Assembly (NCBI GenBank): GCA_029262815.1
Contig: JAJCYS010000042.1
Coordinates: 13,156-77,155 of the forward strand
Source of the DNA: Deltaproteobacteria bacterium
Lineage (GTDB): Bacteria > Bdellovibrionota > JAJCYS01
Reading direction: 5' to 3'
Length of the DNA stretch: 64,000 nucleotides
A program made the position numbers and the translations under genes. The notes beneath the pieces were generated by a model. It saw only the letters and a program-made list of their open reading frames with translations. It was not told where the DNA came from and ran no database searches. Below, one piece after another: positions 9,000 to 18,656 of this stretch; position 1 is the first letter of the stretch; every line of letters begins with the position of its first letter.

Positions 9000-10522
9000 C
9001 GTTCATACTTTACAGAGGCCTGCCCTTTTCTTTGCACAGGATGTCTAAACTCACATCGAAATGCCATTTCTGGCATCCGTTTTAATACCCAAAGTTTAGC
9101 CGCTGAAGATCTAAATAGTTTCAAAATCCTCGAAAAGTACATATGCCGAACAGCGTCTCTTATTTTCAGTACACTTGCCTCATCCGACTGATCATCCAAA
9201 CTGGGGGTTGTCTTTGCAAAGTGAGTAAAAAAATCGAAGTCACCCTTCGAAACAATCACATCAATATAAAAGCTATTCTGATTTAGAAAGGGGATGATTG
9301 TAATACTTCGTCCATTGTCTACACACACAAATTCGGCTAAAAAATGCAGGAGCTCCTGAAAGGACTGAAGCACTGTTTTGACGTTACACCGTATCTCATA
9401 TGTGGCAACTTGCCTAAGCAGCGCTGAGTGTTCAGATAGCATAAAAGAAGTTGGTTTTTTTAGCTGAACAGATAACGTTAATAGTATGTTCTGTAACAGT
9501 TTTGAAAGGGGCTCAACTCGAGTCCCTCTTGAATAGGGGTTCCAAGAAAAAAACTGGGGCAATCCTGACACAAGCCCCTTGAGACGATCGAATGCGTTCA
9601 GACAGCAACTTAAATCTTCGCTAAGCGTCTCAGAAAGCTTTTTTTGTGAAATCCACTCCAGATTCAATCCTATGCTTGAAAGTGGGGATTTAATTTCGTG
9701 AAAAATAGATTGAACGACAATTTGGCTATCTAAATAAAAAGGTAGATCAGAAGATGTACCCAGCCTGACATGCCCCTTTAAAACAAGTAAATATGACACC
9801 CCTTGTATACCATAAGGCAACTTCTTCAAAAACACATGGAATGTACGGCTACCTGATTTAAACACAAATAACTTGGGCTTATACTGGTGTAAAATTTCGG
9901 CCACTGTGACTTTGGCTGGCGGCTCATCAGCACCTTTTGTAAACTCGCCCACTTGTTCCAAATCATATAAAGATCTAGAAAGCAGGACGCCTTTCAAAAG
10001 GTGTGTTGCAGCACCATTTTTTAATAATATTTTACCTACACGGTCAACTACAAAGCAGGGATGCTCATATGTATCCAAAACACCCAGCCACGGCTGGACC
10101 CCTTTTATGGGCAGCTTCAAAGCGTGGGTCCGTTTTATGTGAAACCGAAGATAGTCGTTACGTTTAAATCGTTGCTCCAAAAATCGACCTAAAGCTCGAA
10201 CCCCTCTAGTGGTACCATCCGGCGGAAATTGCAACAGGGTTATCCCAAGGGCGCCTAATTTTTTCATGTTCGGTTTGCCCTGCGATGACGTATACATAAT
10301 CCTGCACCGTGCACCCCTCAACAGAGCGGCTACTGAGGGAAGCGTGTGGAGTGGCGGGAGATCATATAATGATAGAAAAACGACTTCTGGATGTTGTTTT
10401 CGAACTTCATTTATCCGTTTCCAAGGTATGACCTTAATGGTATAACAGTGGAGAAGCTTTTGGACATTAACTGGACTGTGACCAAGCCAAAAAGCTTGAA
10501 AGGGTTGGGTTATGGAGACCAC
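8969..10522 (-). CDS. atypical sensor histidine-kinase-like protein (PAS-like region + HisKA H-box; degenerate ATPase domain)
   Basis: 517 aa. H-box FHEIKSPLSSIGLNLEWI. A possible PAS-like segment (HPCFVVDRVGKILLKNGAATHLL). The C-terminal region has a DNGRSI G1-like element but no clear G2 glycine loop. The N-terminus overlaps the divergent upp-like start, so the real start is probably an internal codon. Confidence 0.45.
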   Translation of the reverse strand: MVSITQPFQAFWLGHSPVNVQKLLHCYTIKVIPWKRINEVRKQHPEVVFLSLYDLPPLHTLPSVAALLRGARCRIMYTSSQGKPNMKKLGALGITLLQFPPDGTTRGVRALGRFLEQRFKRNDYLRFHIKRTHALKLPIKGVQPWLGVLDTYEHPCFVVDRVGKILLKNGAATHLLKGVLLSRSLYDLEQVGEFTKGADEPPAKVTVAEILHQYKPKLFVFKSGSRTFHVFLKKLPYGIQGVSYLLVLKGHVRLGTSSDLPFYLDSQIVVQSIFHEIKSPLSSIGLNLEWISQKKLSETLSEDLSCCLNAFDRLKGLVSGLPQFFSWNPYSRGTRVEPLSKLLQNILLTLSVQLKKPTSFMLSEHSALLRQVATYEIRCNVKTVLQSFQELLHFLAEFVCVDNGRSITIIPFLNQNSFYIDVIVSKGDFDFFTHFAKTTPSLDDQSDEASVLKIRDAVRHMYFSRILKLFRSSAAKLWVLKRMPEMAFRCEFRHPVQRKGQASVKYERQTYTSNSSK

Positions 10523-11339
10523 TATAGATATAGTTTATCAAACCAGCCATCATAAAGTCAGTGAACTCCCACATGAATATGGGGATCGAGTTCACATTCT
10601 TGGGAACCCAACCCTAATTCATCTTCTGAATACCTTCTCCAGTACACAGTTGACGCATCCCTTCATTATTACTTCATACGTAAAACGTATTTATCAAATT
10701 ATTCTCTATGAATCACTCCCTGTTATTTGCTCATTAACGTCGAGCACATATCAATCTAGAATGGTGGAATATACGCCTAAAGGACAATTTGAGAGCATTG
10801 GGTTTGACCCTGCCTCTCAATTTGTGTGCACATCGCTAGCTCGCGCTGGCATCATTCCCTCACAAACCTGTTATGAAGATCTACTCACTATTGTGGGCCC
10901 TAGCAGCACACGGCAAGATTATTTTTCCTGTGAACGGGCTATCAACGGTAATGGCGAAGTAGAGGGGACAACTTTATCAAGCGCCAAAGTAGGTGGGGAT
11001 ATCCAAGATCGTGTCATTATTATTCCCGATCCAATGGGTGCCACAGGTAGCACCATTGAAACCGTGCTTTCTTTCTATGACACCCAAGTTGAAGGAACAC
11101 CCCGCCATATAGCAGCACTATTCATGATTATCGCACCTGAGTGTATTCACAGACTGACTCAAAAATTTCCAAATTTAACCATTGTCGCCGGCCGTCTTGA
11201 CAGAGGACTTAGTGAACCAGCAATCCTTAATAGCACCTTAGGCGCTTACCCTGAAGGAGAAAAAGGCCTCACTGAGAAATCTTATATCGTACCTGGCGCA
11301 GGTGGGGTTGGCGAGATCATCAACAACACCACCTGTTAA
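10512..11339 (+). CDS. upp: uracil phosphoribosyltransferase family protein with N-terminal extension and insertions
   Basis: 275 aa. PRPP-binding loop VIIIPDPMGATGSTIE, LARAGI and C-terminal YIVPGAGGVGEI all match UPRTase motifs. It is longer than the canonical enzyme, which is about 208 aa. Confidence 0.6.
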   Translation: METTIDIVYQTSHHKVSELPHEYGDRVHILGNPTLIHLLNTFSSTQLTHPFIITSYVKRIYQIILYESLPVICSLTSSTYQSRMVEYTPKGQFESIGFDPASQFVCTSLARAGIIPSQTCYEDLLTIVGPSSTRQDYFSCERAINGNGEVEGTTLSSAKVGGDIQDRVIIIPDPMGATGSTIETVLSFYDTQVEGTPRHIAALFMIIAPECIHRLTQKFPNLTIVAGRLDRGLSEPAILNSTLGAYPEGEKGLTEKSYIVPGAGGVGEIINNTTC

Positions 11340-11672
11340 AACACATACTTATTGTCTCTTAACCTGCACCTGGCTTCATGATTCCCCACGAATTATTCCA
11401 CTATGTATTTTTTATAGAAAAATATTTTAATAAAAAAGCATAATCTTCTAAAAAAACGAGAAAAATGGGAAAAAAACGAGATCGTGATTCTTCCACAGTC
11501 AGGGGATAAATCAACAAATGAGCCTTCTAGTACGTAACTTTTGTCCCCAAAAACCAACAACCCACCCATGAATAAGGGTTCTCATCGAAAAGCACAAAAA
11601 AAATGAATAATATTAATATCTTCAAAGGCTTTTACACATCAAAGGCAAATCATCAGCTCAAAGGAATGAGGA

Positions 11673-13208
11673 TTGAAGAAAACGCTGCGTTTTTCTTCAA
11701 TAGAACTCATGCTTAACGAAGCGATAAATGTTGACCTTGCTCGTATGGTGACTGAAGCAGTCCAGCTGAAGCTATCCCCGCTTGCTTATAAGAATTGGAT
11801 TTCCCCCCTCACGTTTGAAGTTGATTCTGACGGTGTTTTTTGTGTCAAAGTGCCCAATGCCTTTCACATGGAGAACGTCAAACGTCGTTATCTTCACGTG
11901 ATTGAAACTGCTCTTAGAGAAGGGGATCCTCTTGCACCTGAACGGCCTATAAAGGTGTTTGTGTGCTCTGATGTTACCAAATTGGCCCAGGAACCAAAAG
12001 AAAGCAAAAAACCTGCTCCTGAAGCTCCTCAGCCGTCTTGTTCGAATTCAACTAACATTCCACATTTACCCGATTTGAAACTCCACAAGGCAGCGCCGGC
12101 CCATTGCGCATCAAACGACATGCTCATTCGTGTAATGGAGGATTTTTCCAAAAACAGAGATAATTACGATTTCGTATATGTTTACGGTGGCCTCGGAGCA
12201 GGAAAAACCGCCTGCTTAAAACACTTTTATCAACACCTCAAACAAACCCAAAAAGTACGAGCCACATATATTACGATTGATGAGTTTACCTCAAACCTTG
12301 TATATGCCATCCAACAACACAAAGTATCCGATTTTAGAAATAAATTTAAAGACAATCATGAGGTCATTTTTATTGATGATTTTCATATGATTGCCAATCG
12401 ATCGAAAACCCAAGAGGAGCTCGCGCACTTGCTCCAAAGCTGGAAAAATAAACAAATTAAATGCATCCTTGTTTCACAACTTCCCCTAAACGATGTGGTT
12501 TGCAATGAGCACCTTAAATCACGTCTTGAATCGGGTTTATGCGTGCCTGTGAGAGCTCCAGATTTCCAATACTTAGAGCATGTCGCTCAACAAGAGATGC
12601 CGACATTAGACGCTGAACTACGCCATGTCCTTTTGTCTCATTCACGCGGAGCAATACAATCTCTTCACACGTTTAAAGGTATTTTGAATCGCATGCGCGT
12701 CGAAATTAGTTTGTGTGGCAAAACATTGACCGAAAAAGATATTGTTGCGATCATCCACGAAATTGTACCTAGCCAATTTTCAAAGGAAGAAAAAACAACG
12801 ACCCCTGCTGAAATCATTCATTTGATTTGTCAGTATTACCATATCGAACCAGAAGCTATTTCAAGCAAGAGCAGAAAAAAAGCATTAAACGAAGCGCGTA
12901 AACTGTGTATTTATTTACTCCGAAAACGCACCTCCTTAAGTTTAGCTGACATTGGTGACTTAGTCGGCAGAGATCATACAACTGTCCTTCATGCGCTTCA
13001 AAAAACACAAGACATGCTTGCACATAACTGTGTGATGACTCGACATTTAAGATTTTTCGATGAAAAACTTGTATCTGGAAACGGTCCTTCCTTCCCTCAA
13101 GCTAATAAAGAAAGTATTATTGGTTTGAATGTGGAGCAGTCATCTTCGAGCATCGCACTTCCATCCACAGCACCTAAACCATCAAGAAATGAAATCGTGC
13201 TCCACTAA
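11673..13208 (+). CDS. DnaA paralogue (second full-length DnaA-like AAA+ initiator-family protein)
   Basis: 511 aa, TTG start. It carries the standard DnaA elements: Walker A (YGGLGAGKTACL), Walker B (VIFIDDFHMI) and box VII (LKSRLESGL). Domain IV is canonical (LADIGDLVGRDHTTVLHALQKTQDML). It adds a long P/E/K-rich linker and a C-terminal tail. Confidence 0.75.
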   Translation: MKKTLRFSSIELMLNEAINVDLARMVTEAVQLKLSPLAYKNWISPLTFEVDSDGVFCVKVPNAFHMENVKRRYLHVIETALREGDPLAPERPIKVFVCSDVTKLAQEPKESKKPAPEAPQPSCSNSTNIPHLPDLKLHKAAPAHCASNDMLIRVMEDFSKNRDNYDFVYVYGGLGAGKTACLKHFYQHLKQTQKVRATYITIDEFTSNLVYAIQQHKVSDFRNKFKDNHEVIFIDDFHMIANRSKTQEELAHLLQSWKNKQIKCILVSQLPLNDVVCNEHLKSRLESGLCVPVRAPDFQYLEHVAQQEMPTLDAELRHVLLSHSRGAIQSLHTFKGILNRMRVEISLCGKTLTEKDIVAIIHEIVPSQFSKEEKTTTPAEIIHLICQYYHIEPEAISSKSRKKALNEARKLCIYLLRKRTSLSLADIGDLVGRDHTTVLHALQKTQDMLAHNCVMTRHLRFFDEKLVSGNGPSFPQANKESIIGLNVEQSSSSIALPSTAPKPSRNEIVLH

Positions 13209-13341
13209 ATAACTTGTCATCCCTGCTGCAGCCTCCACTAGGGTATACTCCGACAGAAATATACGACGTCAACTCGTGCGTAAAACACCTTAAGTTCGTA
13301 TAAATTAAACCCGAAGAGCCGCTATATAAGAGAGGTTATGA

Positions 13342-14709
13342 ATGGCAAAATATTTTTTGATCGGTTCGATTTGTTTTTTTTCATTCAATACATTCGCTGG
13401 TCAAAATAAAAAGATTCAGTCAGAAACTAAATTCAAAATTGTTGCAGGATATAGCCACGCTTGTCTACTTCGTGAAGGCAGTGTTACATGCTGGGGTAAC
13501 AATGCAAGTGGACAATTGGGAGTAGGTAATCAGATCGGAATCTCGTTCACCCCAGTCATTATTCCTGAACTCACCAGCAACGTTATTGATATTGCTTCTG
13601 GCATCGCACACACATGTGCATTAAAGAAGAGTGGGACTGTTTTATGCTGGGGTTTGAATCGAACTGGGGAGGTTGGCATTGGCACTAAAGGAAAAATAGT
13701 TAATGGTGAATATATATCCAATAGTGTATACACCCCAGCCTTTGTACAATTACCTGAACCCGTCAAAGTAATTTATGCTGGAGGGTATCAATCATGTGCT
13801 GTTGCTCAAAATAACTCTGTGTATTGTTGGGGTGGATTGAGAATTAAAAGTGGTAGAAATGACCCACTAAGTGAGGACGATAGCCGAACAACGCCCACTT
13901 TTCTACTAAAAGCAGCTGATAAAAATACTATCTCAATCGCATTAGGCTTGGGTCATATGTGTATCAATGATTCTGGACGTGTTTCTTGTATGGGGCATAA
14001 CCTTTATGGTGCAATGGGGGATAATGAGAAGTATCATCCGCACACAGAAAAAACACTTGCAAAACGAATGATGGAATTAACTAAAAAGAAAAATCCTACA
14101 GCCCTGCAAAAGGGCGCTATTGAAAGATTCGAAGCAAGAATAATAAAGAGAGTGCGTGAAAGTTTATCGTTTCAGCCTAATCATGTTGAGGGCAAAAATC
14201 GAGTCACAAAATTTGCCTCATCCCTTTTTGGGATGTGTTCAGTTTCAGGTATTAACAACGGATTATCCTGTTGGGGGGTGCGCTTATTTCCAGGCAAAGC
14301 CAAATACCCAGACGTTAGAGGTTTTAGCAACCGTAGTTATGATGTCAGCCCCACCGCTATCAGATTCAAAGATGGTCGGCGATTTGATCAAATTATTGAT
14401 CTAGATATGTTTTTTCACGGATGTGCAATTCGTAAAGATGGCTCGGTCTGGTGTTTTGGGCAAAATAATTCAGGTGAACTGGGGTTTTCGGCTTCTGATG
14501 ATAGATTAAGAAAGTTTTCACCGACCAAAGTCGAAGGACTGCCAGGTCCGTCTATCGATATTGCAACTGGAGGCGGATTTTCATGTGCCATCATCGATCG
14601 AGAACATGTCCCCGTTTATTGTTGGGGAGCCAATCATTCAGGGACTCTAGGCCATGGGAAATCTATTTCCCAGTCATCTAAACCTTTGGAAGTAAAAGGC
14701 CCCTGGTAA
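13342..14709 (+). CDS. secreted RCC1-repeat (beta-propeller) protein
   Basis: 455 aa. Signal peptide followed by repeated ...H.C.L...G.V.CWG.N..GQLG... units (at least 6 copies) characteristic of RCC1/ATS1 repeats. Confidence 0.7.
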   Translation: MAKYFLIGSICFFSFNTFAGQNKKIQSETKFKIVAGYSHACLLREGSVTCWGNNASGQLGVGNQIGISFTPVIIPELTSNVIDIASGIAHTCALKKSGTVLCWGLNRTGEVGIGTKGKIVNGEYISNSVYTPAFVQLPEPVKVIYAGGYQSCAVAQNNSVYCWGGLRIKSGRNDPLSEDDSRTTPTFLLKAADKNTISIALGLGHMCINDSGRVSCMGHNLYGAMGDNEKYHPHTEKTLAKRMMELTKKKNPTALQKGAIERFEARIIKRVRESLSFQPNHVEGKNRVTKFASSLFGMCSVSGINNGLSCWGVRLFPGKAKYPDVRGFSNRSYDVSPTAIRFKDGRRFDQIIDLDMFFHGCAIRKDGSVWCFGQNNSGELGFSASDDRLRKFSPTKVEGLPGPSIDIATGGGFSCAIIDREHVPVYCWGANHSGTLGHGKSISQSSKPLEVKGPW

Positions 14710-14728
14710 AACTACAAGATACTCAAAT

Positions 14729-16936
14729 TTATCTGATATGAAGCATCTCGTATATTTTGGGTAAATCCCAGTGAGCATATCCGACAAAATTTTCCACATC
14801 AGTAATCAAAGACTCAACTTTGTATTGAAGTGCTAATCCGGTGTTCTGAAGCCATTTCATTTGATCATCAATTGATTTTTTTTCCAATTGGTCTATGTGG
14901 CGCTCTAGTACCCTTACTTGTTTAACAAGAGTCTCGATGGCGGCAGATAGTTTTTTGCCTTCTTGCTTCAACGCAACACCTTGTTGTTTCCCTGAAATAG
15001 ATTGCATAGCGACAAGCGTTTGATAGTGATTTTTGAGCTGTGCTTCGGCTGAAGGGAGCACATGTTGCAACACCAAATCAACAAGCGTTCTACACTCTAT
15101 GGTATAGAGCATGACATATCGTTCACAACGCACATTGTACCGTGATAGCAACTCTTCTGGATGAAGCACGCTATGACTCTCGAACAACGCAATAGATGAT
15201 TTTTTCTTTAGTTCCGAAAAAGCCTCTAAAGAAGTTCGGTAATTGGGCAATTTTCGACGTTTTGCTTCTTTTGACCAAGAATCAGCGTAATTATTACCGT
15301 CAAAAATAACATTTTCGGTCTCTTTCAAACTAGACTGCAACACACTCATAACGGCTGTTTCTTTGTTTTTAAATTTTTTGTAAGCACTTTTTAATTCTCT
15401 TGAGAATTGGCTAATCCCCTCAGCTACAACCGTATTAATCACCGTCACAGGAAATGAAATAGAAGAGGCTGATCCAACCGCACGATACTCAAACTTATTG
15501 CCTGTAAACGCAAAGGGAGAGGTTCTATTTCGATCTGTATCGTCTTTCTCAATATGGGGCACACTTTTTAAACCCAGTGCCATAATTTCTTTAGCGCGAG
15601 TTTTCACATTTTGTTTTCGATCTTTTATTTGACGCACGATTTCCGAAATAGCATCCCCCAGAAATACTGAAATAATGGCCGGAGGCGCTTCATTACCCCC
15701 CAACCGTTTATCGTTCCCAAGACTTCCAATCGAAGCACGAATCAAACCCCCGTACTGATGAATCCCCTTTAACACGCTTGATAAGAAGCACAAAAATCTA
15801 AGCAGATCTTTAGGGTTTTTGCCTGGGGACAATAAGTTTAAGCCTTCATCGGTTCGAATTGACCAATTGACATGTTTGCCACTTCCATTTATCCCATCAA
15901 ACGGCTTCTCATGTAAGAGCAACTTAAAATCATGGCGTTCAGCCACATGAGACATTAACACCATGACCATTTGGTTGTGGTCCGCTGCTATATTGGCGTC
16001 TTGGTGTTGGACGGCTACCTCAAACTGGGAGGGTGCGACCTCGTTGTGGCGTGTCTTTGCAACCACACCAATCTTATACAACTCGTATTCGAATTCCTGC
16101 ATAAAAGCTTGAACTCTAGTTGGAATGTTCCCAAAGTAATGGTCATCCAAATATTGGCCACGAGTTGAAGGGGCCCCCCCTAACATTCGCCCAGTGAGTA
16201 CTAAATCAGGCCTTCTGTAAAAAAAAGTTTTATCGACGAGAAAATACTCTTGTTCTGGTCCTGCAACAGGTACAGCCGCCTGAGTCCGAATTGGGTCAGG
16301 TAATAATTGAAGAAGCTCTTTAGTCGCTAGATCAATAGCCTTCATCGATCGTAATAAAGGGGTTTTCTTATCTAACGCTTCACCTGTATAGCTAATAAAT
16401 ACAGACGGTATACATAGGGTTTTCCCATTTTCCGTATCTTTGATAAACATGGGACTTGTGGGATCCCACGCTGTATATCCTCTCGCTTCGAACGTAGATC
16501 TTCTACCCCCACTTGGAAAACTCGAGGCATCAGGTTCTCCTCTGATTAATTCGCTTCTTGTGAAATTTTCAAACGCAACGCCCTCATCGTCAGCCAAAAA
16601 AATAGCATCATGCTTTTCAGCTGTTGAGCCCGTTTGAGGTTGAAACCAGTGACAATAATGAGTCACCCCTTTTTCAACAGCCCAACGTTTGACCGCTTCA
16701 GCTATCTCACCAGCAATTTCTGCTGACACGTTGGCACCTGATTTTAGACTCTTTGAAAAAGTATTATAGGTAGGTGTAGGTAGTGCTTTTTTTAATTCTT
16801 GAATGCCAAATCGATTACACCCAAATATTTTTTGAATCGAGATCGTATTTCCATGCCCGTTGTTCGTCGTTCCATGAAAACATCTCACCTTACGAGTCAG
16901 AACCTCTCCCAACATCTGGTTCTTTTGAAGACCCAT
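14729..16936 (-). CDS. glnN: glutamine synthetase type III
   Basis: 735 aa. Length and N-terminal HYCHWFQPQTG region fit GS-III (GlnN). Catalytic-domain similarity runs throughout. Confidence 0.7.
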   Translation of the reverse strand: MGLQKNQMLGEVLTRKVRCFHGTTNNGHGNTISIQKIFGCNRFGIQELKKALPTPTYNTFSKSLKSGANVSAEIAGEIAEAVKRWAVEKGVTHYCHWFQPQTGSTAEKHDAIFLADDEGVAFENFTRSELIRGEPDASSFPSGGRRSTFEARGYTAWDPTSPMFIKDTENGKTLCIPSVFISYTGEALDKKTPLLRSMKAIDLATKELLQLLPDPIRTQAAVPVAGPEQEYFLVDKTFFYRRPDLVLTGRMLGGAPSTRGQYLDDHYFGNIPTRVQAFMQEFEYELYKIGVVAKTRHNEVAPSQFEVAVQHQDANIAADHNQMVMVLMSHVAERHDFKLLLHEKPFDGINGSGKHVNWSIRTDEGLNLLSPGKNPKDLLRFLCFLSSVLKGIHQYGGLIRASIGSLGNDKRLGGNEAPPAIISVFLGDAISEIVRQIKDRKQNVKTRAKEIMALGLKSVPHIEKDDTDRNRTSPFAFTGNKFEYRAVGSASSISFPVTVINTVVAEGISQFSRELKSAYKKFKNKETAVMSVLQSSLKETENVIFDGNNYADSWSKEAKRRKLPNYRTSLEAFSELKKKSSIALFESHSVLHPEELLSRYNVRCERYVMLYTIECRTLVDLVLQHVLPSAEAQLKNHYQTLVAMQSISGKQQGVALKQEGKKLSAAIETLVKQVRVLERHIDQLEKKSIDDQMKWLQNTGLALQYKVESLITDVENFVGYAHWDLPKIYEMLHIR

Positions 16937-17001
16937 AACTTCCCCCTTTATTCATTAGTTACATACAATGGCAAAACCCAACACCCTAACTATTATATAC
17001 C

Positions 17002-17895
17002 TTAAGGGCACTGTAGCTCACGGCCTAAATAAATCAACAGAAAAGCCCACAACTCCCGCTGTTTTGAGCTGGGGTAAAAATGCTTCAAAAAATGATCCAC
17101 GGTGGCCACTCGGTCAAACACTTTCCCTTTATGAGCCCTGGGCTGATCGAGTGCAAACTTATGTAGTAACCCTAAAAGGGGGTACCAATCACTGTCATGC
17201 TTCAAAACATTTTGAGCCATTTGGAATAGCTTTTCAGGATTATCTCGACCTTGATTCATACGTTTTGCAAGTGCAAATATATCTTGGGGCAAATAAGCGC
17301 GTGTTGTGGAATCTTTCCCTTGGCCATCACTTGCCCATGCGTATAAGCATGCATAGGTGGCTCGTGTGACATCTCCCTCAAACGCTTTGATATAGAAAAT
17401 AAAGGCATCTGGGGACGTTTCGGCTAAAGCAGGGTAAAGATCCCAAATCGCCTTAAATAACGTGATGACCTCAGCGGCTTGATCTAACCTTGGCTCGGAA
17501 ATCCAGATCATTTCAACAGGCATCTTTTTCTTCTGAGCTTGTGTAGGACTGAAGTCTCCTACGATAAAGAGTGGAGCCTCAGATTTATGCCCTTTACATT
17601 CAGTCAAAAAATCAAAAAAAGCCTTGCCAGAGTTCCCTTTACAGTCATCTTTTTGCAAAAAAACAGCATGGGCATCCAACTGCTGGAACAGCCCTCTTTG
17701 CAACAGTGCGCCTTGAATAGCAGAAAAAGGCGCTTTGTCTCGGTCAACCATATGAACCGTAAGTTCTCCATGGCTTGATTTGAGATCTTGACGTATTTTT
17801 CGATAAAAAAGCTGTCTCAACACAAAGTTTGGGCTAAAAAAACCAACAATGGGTGCTTTGGGTAAGGGGGAGTCTAAAAACCGCTGAAGCGCCAT
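17002..17895 (-). CDS. holA: DNA polymerase III delta subunit-like
   Basis: 297 aa. Weak delta-subunit-like pattern. Sits immediately downstream of an LptE-like lipoprotein gene, the conserved lptE-holA arrangement. Confidence 0.45.
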   Translation of the reverse strand: MALQRFLDSPLPKAPIVGFFSPNFVLRQLFYRKIRQDLKSSHGELTVHMVDRDKAPFSAIQGALLQRGLFQQLDAHAVFLQKDDCKGNSGKAFFDFLTECKGHKSEAPLFIVGDFSPTQAQKKKMPVEMIWISEPRLDQAAEVITLFKAIWDLYPALAETSPDAFIFYIKAFEGDVTRATYACLYAWASDGQGKDSTTRAYLPQDIFALAKRMNQGRDNPEKLFQMAQNVLKHDSDWYPLLGLLHKFALDQPRAHKGKVFDRVATVDHFLKHFYPSSKQRELWAFLLIYLGRELQCP

Positions 17896-17936
17896 ATGAC
17901 CTCATTCTAACCTGGGCTTGAGCCCTTTAAGAACCT

Positions 17937-18656
17937 TTAAAATGGAGATGTTATCACATTAAAAACAGTTTGCGCCAGATGCCTAGAAACAACCTCCATC
18001 TTGTCCTCAAGCCTTAAGATGTTTAACAGTTCATTTCGACTGGCCCCCACACGATCCGAATCTAGGACGCTAGCAGTGAAGCTTTCTGTATGGACATGTT
18101 CACTTCTGTGAAATATGCCTTCAGTTGGATGGGTCAGGGTGACAACAATGTATAGTGTAACCGTGTATTGAGACGCTAGAAGTTTGTCCTTATTAACCTT
18201 TAAGGACTGGCCCTGCCCGATTAAAAACCCGGTTGATTTAACTTCGAAGTGAGTGATTTGAACACCTAAATGGCCTTTTTTTTCGGTCGTTTCTCTATGA
18301 CTTGGCGGAAGATAGTCTATGAGTACGGACTCTAGATGTCTTCTAACTGTGTCTTCAAACCCAATAATATTCGTTCCATTTTGAACTTGAACACTCTGAA
18401 TCGTTGTTAAATTGTAACGGAGTAACGGAATAGGGCGAACAAGAGTATATGTACACCCTTGTTCAATAAAAGTTATTAGTAAAAATAAACAAACAAACAT
18501 AGAATACGAGGCAAGGGATGAACTGTGGGTGATTTTAAAAAAACGGCTGAAATTTTGCCTCAAATGGAATGGCAACCTAAAAGCCATTCGGAGAAGCTCA
18601 TATTTAGACTGGCCATGAATTGGAAGCGGATTGCGGGACGAGATTTGTTTCAACAC
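17937..18656 (-). CDS. lptE: LPS-assembly lipoprotein LptE-like
   Basis: Lipobox FIEQGC after a hydrophobic segment. A probable internal start at 18500 gives a protein of about 187 aa. Its position upstream of holA supports the call. Confidence 0.4.
   Translation of the reverse strand: MLKQISSRNPLPIHGQSKYELLRMAFRLPFHLRQNFSRFFKITHSSSLASYSMFVCLFLLITFIEQGCTYTLVRPIPLLRYNLTTIQSVQVQNGTNIIGFEDTVRRHLESVLIDYLPPSHRETTEKKGHLGVQITHFEVKSTGFLIGQGQSLKVNKDKLLASQYTVTLYIVVTLTHPTEGIFHRSEHVHTESFTASVLDSDRVGASRNELLNILRLEDKMEVVSRHLAQTVFNVITSPF

Noticed and set aside
9873-10445. Two plus-strand ORFs (89 and 78 aa) inside the PAS/HisKA gene
   Set aside because: Antisense to the larger ORF, which has a bona fide H-box. 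No family features.
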